Shown here: piece by piece, positions 50,322-61,600 of the stretch
How positions within the stretch are numbered: position 1 is the stretch's first letter
Layout: each line of letters begins with the position of its first letter
Origin: Bacteroidia bacterium
GTDB lineage: Bacteria > Bacteroidota > Bacteroidia > NS11-12g > UBA9320
Length of the DNA stretch: 64,000 nucleotides
Direction of reading: 5' to 3'
NCBI GenBank assembly: GCA_965216465.1
Contig: CBDCFW010000004.1
Location: 192,001 to 256,000 of the forward strand
The notes under the pieces: generated by a model
Seen by the model: the letters and a program-made list of their open reading frames with translations, nothing else
Databases searched by the model: none
Told to the model about the DNA's origin: nothing
Position numbers and translations under genes: made by a program

Positions 50322-51029
50322 TTACAGATCAAAACCATTCCAGGTCTCAAACTTCCATATTTCCAAAATTTGAGCAATTGGAAGGGTGTAAGGAGCATAG
50401 GCACTATTCGTACTCACGAGTGTAATGGATTGTTCTTCTTTAATTTTGTTGTACAAGCGTTTAAATACTATTCCCTCATCCTTGGTAACCACAATGTAGT
50501 TCTCTCCATCTTTAATATCGCCCCAATCTTGTAAGTAGCTTGCTGTAACCCAAGAACCTTCACTAACGGGAGGCATACTGTCTCCTTTGATTTGGAAGCT
50601 GCGGTAAGTCCTGTTTTTTGGTAAGAAAGGAAGCTTAAACTTGGGTAAACCACCTATGAATTCAGGGTCGGCATATCCGCCAGTGTATCCTGCTTGAGCC
50701 TTCATGCTAACAATCTCGATGTTCTCATTTTCATCCGCATCAACACTAACAGTAAGCAAGCGAAGTTTTCGTCCGCTAATATCAGCTTCACTTCCCTTTA
50801 AAATTTGACTGAGTTTAAAATGTGTGAGCTTCGAAAGGTCGTGCCTAACCAATCCATCCAAAGTAACATTGAAGTAATCGGCAATGTCGATTTGAATGTC
50901 GAAAGGAGGTTGAACACCTCTTTCGTAACTGTTTAATTTTGAGCGAGAAAGCTCTAATGAATCAGCAAGATCCTGTTGAGATAAGCCCTTCTTGGTACGG
51001 AGTAGTTTTATATTGCGATCGAAAAACAT
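50322..51029 (-). CDS. XRE helix-turn-helix plus S24 peptidase repressor (LexA/CI-like)
   Basis: HTH LSQQDLAD...SYERG; Ala-Gly site AQAGY; catalytic Ser GDSM and Lys VFKR. Confidence 0.9.
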   Translation of the reverse strand: MFFDRNIKLLRTKKGLSQQDLADSLELSRSKLNSYERGVQPPFDIQIDIADYFNVTLDGLVRHDLSKLTHFKLSQILKGSEADISGRKLRLLTVSVDADENENIEIVSMKAQAGYTGGYADPEFIGGLPKFKLPFLPKNRTYRSFQIKGDSMPPVSEGSWVTASYLQDWGDIKDGENYIVVTKDEGIVFKRLYNKIKEEQSITLVSTNSAYAPYTLPIAQILEIWKFETWNGFDL

Positions 51030-51087
51030 ATATTGACTGAGTTATGTTTCAAAGGTAATTTTAATAGATTAAAAAATTGCCTAAATA

Positions 51088-51106
51088 TTGATAAAAAAAT
51101 TATCAA
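51088..51106. promoter_or_regulatory. Palindromic operator candidate TTGATAA-N5-TTATCAA
   Basis: Perfect 7-bp inverted repeat upstream of the XRE-S24 promoter (TACCTTTG at 51050-51057, minus strand). Confidence 0.5.
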
Positions 51107-51274
51107 CAAATAGAATTGCTTGATACCCAGTAGGTTTAAGTTTTGTTGTGTATATCAGGTACATAAAAAAATGAGCCTAAACCGCTGAAATTTAAGCCCT
51201 ATCATGCATTATTCAGACCAGTTTTGAATACATTTGCCATCATTTAAATTTAGACTTATCACGTTCCGACTGAA

Positions 51275-52297
51275 ATGGGGATTTTTAACTTTTTAACACA
51301 AGACTTAGCTATCGATTTAGGTACTGCCAACACCTTGATTATTCATAAAGACAAATTGGTGGTAGACGAGCCTTCTATCATTGCAAGAAATAGAACGACA
51401 AAAGAAGTTCTTGCGATTGGAGCGGAAGCTCAAAAGATGCACGGAAAAACGCATGAGGATATCAAAACAATACGTCCACTAAAAGATGGTGTTATTGCTG
51501 ATTTTGAAGCAGCCGAGCAAATGATACGTGGTTTTATCAAGATGATTAACAGCAAAAGTTCATTTGGTAGCCCACAGCTAAGAATGGTGATATGTATTCC
51601 AAGTGGAATCACGGAAGTTGAGAAAAGAGCCGTTAAAGAAAGTGCTGAACGTGCTGGAGGTAAAGAAGTTTATATGATTCCTGAACCAATGGCGGCAGCT
51701 ATCGGTATTGGGATTGACGTAGCTGAACCAATGGGTAATATGATTATTGACATTGGAGGTGGTACTACAGAAATTGCCGTAATTGCTTTGTCTGGTATTG
51801 TTTCTGATGAGTCTATTCGCGTTGCAGGAGATGAATTTACTGACGACATTATCGAATACATGAGACGCCAACACAACCTCATGATTGGTGAGCGTACAGC
51901 AGAATACATTAAAGTAAATGTTGGTGCTGCACTTCCAGAATTAGAAAATCCACCAGAAGATTACGCGGTAAACGGAAGAGACCTCATGACGGGTATTCCG
52001 AAGCAAATAATGGTATCCTATTCTGAGATAGCCTTAGCATTGGATAAATCAATTTCTAAAATTGAGGAAGCAGTAATGAAAGCCCTTGAGCTTACACCAC
52101 CTGAGCTTTCAGCAGATATTTATCAAACTGGACTTTATCTCACTGGAGGAGGTGCTCTTTTACGAGGTTTAGATCGTAGAATTTCAAGTAAGACCAAACT
52201 TCCTGTTTATGTTGCTGAAGATCCATTAAGAGCGGTAGTTAGAGGAACCTCAGTTGCCCTGAAAAATCTAAAAAGTTTTAAAACCATATTGCAATAA
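51275..52297 (+). CDS. mreB: Rod shape-determining protein MreB
   Basis: IDLGTANT, RPLKDGVIADF, DIGGGTTE, TGGGALL. Confidence 0.98.
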   Translation: MGIFNFLTQDLAIDLGTANTLIIHKDKLVVDEPSIIARNRTTKEVLAIGAEAQKMHGKTHEDIKTIRPLKDGVIADFEAAEQMIRGFIKMINSKSSFGSPQLRMVICIPSGITEVEKRAVKESAERAGGKEVYMIPEPMAAAIGIGIDVAEPMGNMIIDIGGGTTEIAVIALSGIVSDESIRVAGDEFTDDIIEYMRRQHNLMIGERTAEYIKVNVGAALPELENPPEDYAVNGRDLMTGIPKQIMVSYSEIALALDKSISKIEEAVMKALELTPPELSADIYQTGLYLTGGGALLRGLDRRISSKTKLPVYVAEDPLRAVVRGTSVALKNLKSFKTILQ

Positions 52298-52303
52298 CCC
52301 TAA

Positions 52304-53128
52304 ATGCAGCGCCTATTAGCGTTTATAGAACATAACCTATACCTAATTCTGTTTGTCTTACTACAAACGGTGTGTGCATTTCTACTTTTTAAGCTTAATC
52401 CCTATCAACAAGCAGCATTTACCAATGCCGGAACAACGGTTACAGCTAGGGTAAATGAAACATCAACCAATGTGGTAGATTACCTCGATTTAACTACCCA
52501 AAACAACTACCTGCAAGATCAGATTGCAAGTCAGTTTAAAGAATCTACATCTGGGTATTTAACTTATCTCAACGACACTTTTGTTGTTAATGATAGTTCG
52601 AAACATTACTTGTTTAGTATGATTCCTGCGGAAGTGGTATTTAACACAGTACACAAAGCAGACAATGTGTTTATTATTAACGTTGGAACTAAGCATGGAG
52701 TAAAGAAAAATATGGGCGTCGTTTCATCGCAAGGATTGGCAGGAATAGTGCTAAAATCGAATAAGGATTACAGCACTGTGATGTCGTTACTTAACACCAA
52801 CATGAAGATTATTCCTTCAATCAATGGCCAGGAATATTTTACGGAATTGATATGGAATAACGAATCTCCCTATAACCTATCTATAAATGGAGTAAATAAG
52901 CTGGAAAGTATAGAAGTGGGTGACCCCATCACGACAGGGAAATCATCGCTGTTGTTTCCTAGCGGAATTCCCATTGGTAAGGTTAGCCAACTAAACGAAA
53001 TACCCAACAGCCAATACTTTGATACAAAGCTTGAAACGGCCACTAACTTTCGTGCACTTGAATATGTTTACGTGATAATAAATCACGAGAAAGATAACTT
53101 GGATTTAATGCTTTCTGAAAATGAATAG
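52304..53128 (+). CDS. mreC: Rod shape-determining protein MreC
   Basis: INVGTKHGV..MGVV, FPSGIPIG; gene order. Confidence 0.9.
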   Translation: MQRLLAFIEHNLYLILFVLLQTVCAFLLFKLNPYQQAAFTNAGTTVTARVNETSTNVVDYLDLTTQNNYLQDQIASQFKESTSGYLTYLNDTFVVNDSSKHYLFSMIPAEVVFNTVHKADNVFIINVGTKHGVKKNMGVVSSQGLAGIVLKSNKDYSTVMSLLNTNMKIIPSINGQEYFTELIWNNESPYNLSINGVNKLESIEVGDPITTGKSSLLFPSGIPIGKVSQLNEIPNSQYFDTKLETATNFRALEYVYVIINHEKDNLDLMLSENE

Positions 53129-53615
53129 AATACTGAGTTGGATTATCATATTTGGATTGCAGGTCGTGGTGTTTAATCATCTCGATTTTTCAAGCTATGT
53201 CTTGCCACAAGTGTTCATTGTATTGTTAATCACACTACCAGTGCATCTTTCGAAGATTAATCAAGTATTAATAGCCTTTGCTTTAGGGCTGTTAGCTGAT
53301 TTTTTTATCTCAACACCAGGAATTCATGCCTCTGCTTGCATGACCTTGGTGCTGCTGAGAATGGGCTTGTTGCAGCGCTTAGATCTCAAAGAGCAAATAG
53401 CCAACAAGCTTAGTTTTAATGTCCGACACGTCGGAATCTCAACCTTCTTCTATATTACCGCAATTTTGGTTGTTATCTACCACTTTTACGTGTTCTCGTT
53501 AGAAAGCATAGGTGCTGTTCATTGGGTTAAAATGTTGTTGACTACCCTAATTAGCTCTTCGCTATCTTTGTTGATTATAGGACTAATTCAATTTGTTTCC
53601 TTACGCGAAAAGTGA
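53121..53615 (+). CDS. mreD: Rod shape-determining protein MreD
   Basis: Hydrophobic, GLLAD..TPGIHA; gene order. Confidence 0.85.
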   Translation: MNRILSWIIIFGLQVVVFNHLDFSSYVLPQVFIVLLITLPVHLSKINQVLIAFALGLLADFFISTPGIHASACMTLVLLRMGLLQRLDLKEQIANKLSFNVRHVGISTFFYITAILVVIYHFYVFSLESIGAVHWVKMLLTTLISSSLSLLIIGLIQFVSLREK

Positions 53616-55474
53616 ACAATACTCGATCATACTACATATATGCAGCGGTTATTATTATAGGTTTGATATATATCTTCAAACTGTTACAATTACAGGTTTG
53701 GGACGATAAGTATACCATGATAGCAGAGAAAATATCGCTGCGAAAACAGTCTATTTATCCGCAAAGAGGATTGATTTTTGATCGAAATGAAAAACTGTTG
53801 GTCTACAACGATCCCGTTTACGATTTAATGGTTTCTGTTCCTATTAAATTGGGTGGAATTGATACTGTTGAGTTTTGTAAATTACTTAGGATTGAAGAAG
53901 AGGAATTTGTTTCACGCATTTCTAAATCAAAGCGTAGAGCGTATCGTGGTAAATCTGTATTCAAGAAGAATATATCAAATGAGATGTATGCTCAAATTCA
54001 AGAGCGTCTGTATGAGTTTAAAGGCTTCTTCTTTGAGATTCGTCAAGATAGAAACTACAAGTTCAACAGTTCAGCACATGTACTTGGATATCTAGGAGAG
54101 GTTAATCGTCAAGAACTCTTAGATCAGAAAGAAGGATATTACGAACAGGGAGATTTTAGTGGAAAAAAAGGTGTTGAGCACTTCTACGAAAAGTACCTGC
54201 GTGGTACTAAAGGAGAACGATATTATTACGTCGATAAGTTTGGAGTAAATAAAGGAGTATACAAAGAAGGTAAGCTTGATGTTGAGCCTATTGATGGAAA
54301 CAATCTTGTGCTTTCTTTGGATATAGATTTGCAGCAATATGGTGAGCAACTCTTAAACAACAAAATGGGAAGTGTTGTGGCGATAGAGCCAAAAACTGGT
54401 GAGATTTTAGCTTTAATTTCGAGTCCGTTTTACAATCCTGCTAACTTCAACATCCAACACCGATCAAAGCATTATGGCAAAGCTCTTCAAGATCCGACTA
54501 AACCTATTTTTAATCGGGCTGTATCAGCACCCTATCCTCCAGGTTCAACCTTCAAGCCAGTAATGGCATTGGTTGGTGTACAAGACGGAGCGATAACAAA
54601 GCATACTCATTTCAATTGTCCGGGTCATTTCAGGCTGGGAAGCAGAATTATACGCTGCCATGGGCACCCATCGAATACGAGCTTACAGCGTTCAATTGCG
54701 AGCAGTTGTAACACGTATTATTGTTACACATTTAAAAGCATGATGAACGACGATCAGTATGCCAATACTGAAGATGCTTATAAATCGTGGAGGTCATACC
54801 TACAGAGTTTTGGAATTGGCACTTACTTGGGTTCAGACGTTTCAGGAGAAGCTAAAGGTTGGTTGATGGAACCAGACTTTTATGACAAAATGCACGGTAA
54901 GAACCGATGGAGTTATGCGAGTATTATCTCACTTTCATTTGGCCAGGGGGAGTTGGGTTTAACTCCAATGCACATGGCTAATGTGGCCTCGATTATAGCC
55001 AATAGAGGTCACTACTATACTCCTCATGTGATAAAGCAAATAGAAGGGATGGATCACATTCCTGACAAGTATCTCATGAAGAATTATACCAAGATTCAAC
55101 CACACAACTTTGACGCGATTATCGAAGGTATGCACATGGTAACCACATCCGGAACAGGAACTGCTTCAGCGATTCAAGGGATAAACATAGCGGGTAAGAC
55201 GGGCACCGTTCAAAATCCGCATGGAAAGAACCACTCAGCTTACATGGCATTTGCACCTATCGAAGATCCACAAATTGCTATTGCAGTTGTGGTTGAAGAA
55301 TCGGGATACGGTGCAACTTGGGCCGCACCTATTGCACACTTGATGATTGAGAATTATCTGTCTCATGATACAGCAACAACATCATTACCTCATTTTGAAG
55401 AGCGATTGATGAACTCGGATTTAATTCCAGATAAGTACAAGAAAAAAAGAAGGGAGATTTACGGTGGAAACTAA
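53612..55474 (+). CDS. mrdA: Penicillin-binding protein 2
   Basis: RGLIFDRN, GSTFK (SxxK), SCN, KTGT. Confidence 0.95.
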   Translation: MNNTRSYYIYAAVIIIGLIYIFKLLQLQVWDDKYTMIAEKISLRKQSIYPQRGLIFDRNEKLLVYNDPVYDLMVSVPIKLGGIDTVEFCKLLRIEEEEFVSRISKSKRRAYRGKSVFKKNISNEMYAQIQERLYEFKGFFFEIRQDRNYKFNSSAHVLGYLGEVNRQELLDQKEGYYEQGDFSGKKGVEHFYEKYLRGTKGERYYYVDKFGVNKGVYKEGKLDVEPIDGNNLVLSLDIDLQQYGEQLLNNKMGSVVAIEPKTGEILALISSPFYNPANFNIQHRSKHYGKALQDPTKPIFNRAVSAPYPPGSTFKPVMALVGVQDGAITKHTHFNCPGHFRLGSRIIRCHGHPSNTSLQRSIASSCNTYYCYTFKSMMNDDQYANTEDAYKSWRSYLQSFGIGTYLGSDVSGEAKGWLMEPDFYDKMHGKNRWSYASIISLSFGQGELGLTPMHMANVASIIANRGHYYTPHVIKQIEGMDHIPDKYLMKNYTKIQPHNFDAIIEGMHMVTTSGTGTASAIQGINIAGKTGTVQNPHGKNHSAYMAFAPIEDPQIAIAVVVEESGYGATWAAPIAHLMIENYLSHDTATTSLPHFEERLMNSDLIPDKYKKKRREIYGGN

Positions 55475-56720
55475 GGCTAGAGTTGACATAGTAAGCATAA
55501 TTCTATTCTTGCTTATTGCGATAATTGGGATATCAAGCGTTTATTCTGCGACATCTGAACAAGGTGCCTACTCATTGTTAGAAGGAAGAAGCGGAAAGCA
55601 AATCATGTGGTTTGGGATTTCCATTTTTGTGGGTGCAGTCATCTTTTTACTTAATTCGAACTTTTTTGAGGTATTCAGTTGGTACTTCTATATTTTGTTG
55701 GTGTTGCTCTTGGTGGCCGTACTACTAATTGGAACAGAAATAAATGGAGCAAAATCTTGGATTAAAATTGGTTCGTTCAGCTTACAACCTGCTGAGTTCG
55801 CCAAGTACGGAACTGCCTTTGCACTAGCGGCTTATGTCAGCAATATTGAGGTGTCGCTCACCAGAATTAAAAATTTGGCCATTATTGGGTTGATAATTCT
55901 GATTCCTATGGCATTGATTGTTTTACAACGTGACACAGGTTCGGCATTAGTGTTTTCAAGCTTTATCTTAGTGCTCTATCGGGAAGGTCTTACGCCTTTG
56001 GTTGTTGTTCTTGGCTTACTAGCAATAGCCATATTTGTGTTAACCATGGTAATTGGGTTCACCGCATTTTCGGTGGCTGTTGGTGTTATTCTTCTGGTGT
56101 TTTATGCTTTTACTTATACCAATAAAAAGCTTTTATTGCCGTCGCTTTACACTGCCGTTGCCATTGTGCTTTTCAGCTTGAGCGTTCAATTCATTTTTAA
56201 AAATGTGCTACAAGAACACCAGCAGAAAAGAATATTGGTTACGCTTAATCTGCTAGAAGACAAAAAGGGAGCAGGTTATAATGTGGATCAGGCCAAAATA
56301 GCGATTGGCTCAGGTGGTTTTAGTGGTAAAGGCTTTCTTAACGGTTCGCATACGAAAGGAGATTTTATTCCAGAACAAACTACCGACTTTATCTTTTGTA
56401 CCATAGGCGAAGAGGGAGGATGGTTACTCAGTAGCGGCACAATCCTGCTCTTTGTTTTGTTCATATTACGACTTTACCACCTTGCAGGGCGAGCAAAGAA
56501 GAAGTACAAACGGATATTTATATTTAGTTTGGCTTCAATCTTATTCTTTCACCTGACCGTTAATGTGGGTATGACTATAGGGTTAATGCCAGTAATTGGA
56601 ATTCCATTACCGTTAATTTCATACGGAGGCTCCTCAATATTGGCGTTTAGCATATTCATATTCACAGCACTTAAAATGGATTCAACCCGAGATCAAGATT
56701 TAAAATCTGTACTTACATGA
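55464..56720 (+). CDS. rodA: SEDS peptidoglycan polymerase RodA
   Basis: GAKSW, QPAEFAK, AIGSGG, PEQTTDFIF, PLISYGGSS. Confidence 0.95.
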   Translation: METKARVDIVSIILFLLIAIIGISSVYSATSEQGAYSLLEGRSGKQIMWFGISIFVGAVIFLLNSNFFEVFSWYFYILLVLLLVAVLLIGTEINGAKSWIKIGSFSLQPAEFAKYGTAFALAAYVSNIEVSLTRIKNLAIIGLIILIPMALIVLQRDTGSALVFSSFILVLYREGLTPLVVVLGLLAIAIFVLTMVIGFTAFSVAVGVILLVFYAFTYTNKKLLLPSLYTAVAIVLFSLSVQFIFKNVLQEHQQKRILVTLNLLEDKKGAGYNVDQAKIAIGSGGFSGKGFLNGSHTKGDFIPEQTTDFIFCTIGEEGGWLLSSGTILLFVLFILRLYHLAGRAKKKYKRIFIFSLASILFFHLTVNVGMTIGLMPVIGIPLPLISYGGSSILAFSIFIFTALKMDSTRDQDLKSVLT

Positions 56721-57358
56721 TTACAGTTCATCAATTACCCTACAACCCGTTTTCAGAAAATACTTATGTGTTGGCAGATAGCCAAAACAATGCGATCATA
56801 ATTGATCCAGGAATGTACTTCCCTCAAGAGCAATCTCACTTGTTTGAATTCTTGAACCACCATAAACTGAAACCTGTTCACCTATGGTTAACTCATGCAC
56901 ACTTAGATCATGTGTTTGGCGTAAATTGGGTATATAAAACCTATAATCTTGTACCACAGCTGGAGGCAGATGATTTGTTTATCTATGAAAGTGCGGTTGC
57001 AACAGCAAATCAATATGGACTATCAATGGATCCTCTTGTTGATTGCCAAACAAGCTTTAATGATGGAGATATGTTGTCAGTCGATAACACTGAATTGGAG
57101 GTTATTAAGGCTCCCGGACATTCACCAGGCAGTATATGTTTTTATTGTAAAAGAGATGGATTTATTATTTCAGGAGATGTTCTGTTTCAAGGCAGTATAG
57201 GTAGAACCGATTTGCCAGGTGGAAGTTTTGATCAATTGATTACGAGTATTCGGTCAAGGCTATTGACCTTACCTGATGATGTTACGGTCTATTCTGGGCA
57301 TGGTCCGGCAACGACTATTGGACAGGAACGACAGTCAAATCCATTTCTGATTCAATAA
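56717..57358 (+). CDS. MBL-fold metallo-hydrolase (glyoxalase II-like)
   Basis: THAHLDH, PGHSPG, SGDVLF, GRTD, SGHG. Confidence 0.9.
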   Translation: MITVHQLPYNPFSENTYVLADSQNNAIIIDPGMYFPQEQSHLFEFLNHHKLKPVHLWLTHAHLDHVFGVNWVYKTYNLVPQLEADDLFIYESAVATANQYGLSMDPLVDCQTSFNDGDMLSVDNTELEVIKAPGHSPGSICFYCKRDGFIISGDVLFQGSIGRTDLPGGSFDQLITSIRSRLLTLPDDVTVYSGHGPATTIGQERQSNPFLIQ

Positions 57359-57385
57359 AAAAGCCCTTCCAAAAGGAAAGGCTTT
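57358..57385. terminator. Terminator hairpin between convergent MBL and porV genes
   Basis: aaagcccttcc-aaaa-ggaaaggcttt preceded by an A run. Confidence 0.7.
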
Positions 57386-57405
57386 ACATTGTGTTTTAAT
57401 TTCTT

Positions 57406-58596
57406 TTAGATATCATCTTGAGCTTTGAATGCGTCGATGTCAAACAAGAGGCTAAATCTGATTGTATTTTGAAGAGGATGTCTTCTAGTAAATGGTTGCA
57501 AATAAGCCGCGTCAATTTGGAACACTTTATACTTCAGTCCAGCTCCAAATGTCACATATTTACGTGCACCTTTCGTATCTGATTCGTTGAAGTAACCCGC
57601 TCTAAGAGCAAATTGCTTATCGTACCAATATTCTACACCAATTGAATAAGTGAACTCTTTTAATTCTTCTTGAAATCCTGCAGGGGCATCACTAAACGAG
57701 GTTAGCATTCCTTGAATTACCGCTTGGTCATCTATTTCTCGGCCGATTATGTTACCCAAAGAATCATAAATGTATTGCGGAGTAGGAACTAATAGTTTGT
57801 TAAAGTCAACTCCAAACCCAATTTCGTTATATTCGTCTAATTGTGTTTTCCAGAAAGTTCCAACGCGAAAATTAACAGGAATAAAATCTCTATTGGCTTC
57901 AGTGGTATAGGTAATTTTGTTTCCAATATTGCTAATGTTTCCACCGATGGTGTAATCAAAGTCTCTGCCACCAATTTCTGCATCATTAACATAAGTCATT
58001 GATACGTCTCCGGCACCAGCAAGTCCAGCCTTAATTTCTGAGCCGCTCACACCTACTTGTCCTCTCGCGAGATCCGACATGATGAAACGTAGGGCTATAC
58101 CCAATGAAAGGTTGTCAGAGAGTTTACGAGCATAAGCTCCATCTAGAGCAAACTCTTTTGGCTCGTAGTTTCCGTTTGGATTACCATTGATGTCTGTGAA
58201 CTGAATATCTCCTAAGGTGAAATATCTCAAAGAAGCTGCGAAAGCACTTTGCTTATCAATTTTTTTGTAGCCAGAAAGGTAGTAGAACCAAATATCTGGA
58301 ACCAGTTGGCGTAGCCAAGGAGCGGCAGATAGCGCAAAACCCGCATCATCTTCAATAAACGCAAGCTTTGAAGGGTTCCAATGTATTGAATTAGCGTCAG
58401 CTGATGTTGCCACACCAAGGTCTCCCATTGCAGCACCTCTCGAATCAGGTGAGATTAGAAGGAAAGGAGCAGCAGTAGTAATCACATTACGTTGACCTAA
58501 AAGATCAGTGTTAGTATTAACCGTAGGAGTAGTCGTTTGTGCCTTAATGCCAAGGGTTGAAATCAGGGCAAGGCCAATTAATAATTTATTCTTCAA
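57406..58596 (-). CDS. porV: T9SS outer membrane shuttle protein PorV
   Basis: ITTAAPFLLISPDSR..AMGD.GVAT, WNPSKLAF, RAGYF.E; TTG start at 58596 preferred because TACATTTG lies at 58615-58622. Confidence 0.93.
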   Translation of the reverse strand: MKNKLLIGLALISTLGIKAQTTTPTVNTNTDLLGQRNVITTAAPFLLISPDSRGAAMGDLGVATSADANSIHWNPSKLAFIEDDAGFALSAAPWLRQLVPDIWFYYLSGYKKIDKQSAFAASLRYFTLGDIQFTDINGNPNGNYEPKEFALDGAYARKLSDNLSLGIALRFIMSDLARGQVGVSGSEIKAGLAGAGDVSMTYVNDAEIGGRDFDYTIGGNISNIGNKITYTTEANRDFIPVNFRVGTFWKTQLDEYNEIGFGVDFNKLLVPTPQYIYDSLGNIIGREIDDQAVIQGMLTSFSDAPAGFQEELKEFTYSIGVEYWYDKQFALRAGYFNESDTKGARKYVTFGAGLKYKVFQIDAAYLQPFTRRHPLQNTIRFSLLFDIDAFKAQDDI

Positions 58597-58634
58597 TTTT
58601 AGATTATTTGTTCGCAAATGTATCATTTATTTTT

Positions 58635-61600
58635 TTAGTTAATAATGAATAGTTTTTGAGTTTTTGTTTGGGTTGAGCCATCCTCAGCCTCAACTTTTAG
58701 GGTATATAAATAAACTCCTCGAGCTATTCTGTCTCCATATTGATCGGTACCGTCCCAAGTGAGCTCTTCGATTATTTGTGCAGGTGCGTTTATATGTGCA
58801 GGAGCATTTAAAATATCTGTTGTAATGCTTTTAACTACATTGCCAGCAATTGTTGATATTGTTAAATTAACTGATAAGTTCTGGCCTGACTTATTATGGT
58901 CAAAGTGAAACTCTGTGTATTTGTTAAATGGATTTGGGTAGTTCAAAACATTTTCCACTACAATATCTGCTTCTTCAGTAACTACAAATTCGGTATAATC
59001 TTCCGCAGAATTGTTGTAAACGTCCCAAACTTTAAGCGTAATGGTATGTCTTCCAGGCGTTAATTGTGAGAAAGGATACTCAATCACGCCGCTTTGATAA
59101 CTGTTCAGTTCAGGTGAATAATAATCGTTCAAAATTATCGACTCTTCAAATTCAGTTCCTTCATCGAGAATAGCTTCCATTTCTCTTCCTATACCGCTGC
59201 CAATTGTATTGATTCCATTTTCATCATAGATGTCAGCAATTAACATTGGTGTCTTAGAAGTAGTTCCCCCAAATACCCAACTTCGGTCATCAATAAATAA
59301 GTTCAAGCTTGGTGGTTCTTTATCGTTTTTAAGGCTGTCGCTTGTGCCTCCAATTTTATAGCTAAGCTCTGAGCCTCCGGCATGTTTTAATCCATCCTTG
59401 GCATAGTAAGATAATTTTCCTTCACCTACATTGTATGCAATGTCTTTTGGAACTACAAATTGGAAACTAAACTTACCATTTACGATGGAAGCTTCTCCCT
59501 TGTATATAATTCTATCCTGCATTTCAAACTCAATTGGGATGCTTCGTGGATCATTACCTAACGTTTTATATGTTGAGAATTTATCGTAGAAAGTAGGGTA
59601 GAGGGTTCCATTAAAATCATCAAGCAAATTATTGCCGTTATCTCTAATTTCACCTTCAATCGTAACCAAGCCTAAAGCTTTTAAAGTGTCGTTGAAGTTA
59701 CCAGTTTGAACACCATTAATGTGTGTGGTAACTACATTGTATTCTGGATAGTGCAATCGCATTGCTGGATCACCCAATAGCATAAAGCAACGCTTGTTGA
59801 TTTCTTCATTAGGATCTGCATTTCTTGTATTTCTATAAACTTCACCGAGGGGCTGCAATGCTTGTCCACCGCTCTCAAACAGATTGTTGTTAATGATTTC
59901 AAAGTTCAGATCTGTGTTGGTTCCAATGTATACTACTCGAGTTGTAGCTACCATGCCAATAGCACCTCCATTTGGATTAAGTAACATCAATTCGCCTGGA
60001 GATTCAATGTCGAGGTTGTCAATTTTTGCCAATTCGCAGCTGGCTGTAATGTAAAACGATAGTTTATCTTTATTAGTCCAAGAACTGATTTCAGGACGTG
60101 TAACCACGCGCTCATGAGCCATGCCGTTTTCTCCTCCGTGACCAACATAATTGAAGATTAAGGTTCCTCGGCTGTTTAATGCTTTATTAATTTCTTCATT
60201 TACTTTAGGGTACTTGTTCCCACTACCGAAGGAAACTTGTTCGTAAGCATCAAGCCAAATCTTATTGATATTGTATTCTGGATACTGATTTCTAATAACC
60301 GTTGTCATGCCTTCAGATGGACCAACGTGGTCATTGCCATCTTCATCGTCACCAACAAATGTTAAAGTTTGAATCCAGTTGCCTAAACTTACCTCATCAT
60401 GGTAATGAAGAATTTTATCTACCACAATTGTGGCTTCAGCTAAATTGCTTACTGGAAGTCTACCTACACCAATATCAAGTGCTTCATCTTTGTTTTGAAT
60501 ACCCCAGAAACCTTCAGAATCATCCAAAATTGCATAGTAATCATCTGAACAATATGAATAAGGAGGATTGTATGAATTTCCGCTTTGATAGATAGGGACA
60601 ACATTGGTGTTGTTGGCTTCAATATCTTTATAATCATAGCTAGCATCACCAAATAATAATAGGTATTTGAGTGAATATCCACCGCTGTTACCGCGGTCGT
60701 AAAGCAATTTTACGAAGTCTCTAATGCCAGTAATATCTTGAGATCCAGAAGAAAACTCATTGTAAATCTGTTCTGTTGTTACCACTTCAACTTTCAGGTT
60801 GGAGTAATCGCGATGAAAGTCGGCTAATCGATTTGCTTCAGTTAAAAGGTCTTTTCGTGTAACAATTAAATAATCGATCTCAGTGATAGCATGCAAATTT
60901 TGGTTTTCAACTTGACCGATAAATTCTGGATTGCTTGGAGAATTTTCATCAAAAAGTATAAACTGAGGTGCGTTGTCTGTTGCAACATTTTGGATGATAC
61001 AACTTTGAGCTCCTCCATCTAAATAAGTTTCTTGTGAAGTAGGAGTGTTTAACTCGCTAATGTTCCAAAGGTGATGTTGAGCGGTTAATCCTTGAAAACT
61101 GTAGGCATTATTGCCACCAACCATATGACTGCTGGTTTTAATAACCTGTTGAGGATCTAAAGCACTCATTTGTCTTTGAGGAACAAATAAAAAGTAATCG
61201 ATCCACGCAATAGACTCATTCAGATTTTTGTCGTAATCAAACTCAATAGCGAATTGACCAGAACTTAACGTGAAGTCTTTTCTTGAAGTCTTTGGACCCG
61301 CAATGAAGGGTTGATCATATTCACCAAATACCGTTCCGTGTGGAATCTCATAGGGGGCATTATTTTGAATTGTTAAGTAAATTCTTGAAGAATTAAGTGA
61401 GCGCACTCCTGTAATTGTAGTAAATGGATAATCTCCAGGAACAATCCCACTTATTGAGTATTCAAACGTCTTGGTGGTGTTGTGTTGCATCTTATCACCC
61501 CACCATCTTCTACCTGATTTAATATGATTTTCTTCATTGCTTTCGTGGTAGATAGTATAGTCGTACGTTGAAATATTATTGTCGATGCTGGTGCCTTGAT

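Noticed and set aside
50322-51029. Prophage CI repressor remnant
   Set aside because: No phage, integrase or cro-like genes adjacent; the divergent gene is mreB
58597-58626. Longer N-terminal extensions from the ORF track (porV; also porU, GT2 at 8510, 14738, 22070, 28745)
   Set aside because: They overlap promoters or neighbouring genes, or precede the signal peptide; downstream starts fit better
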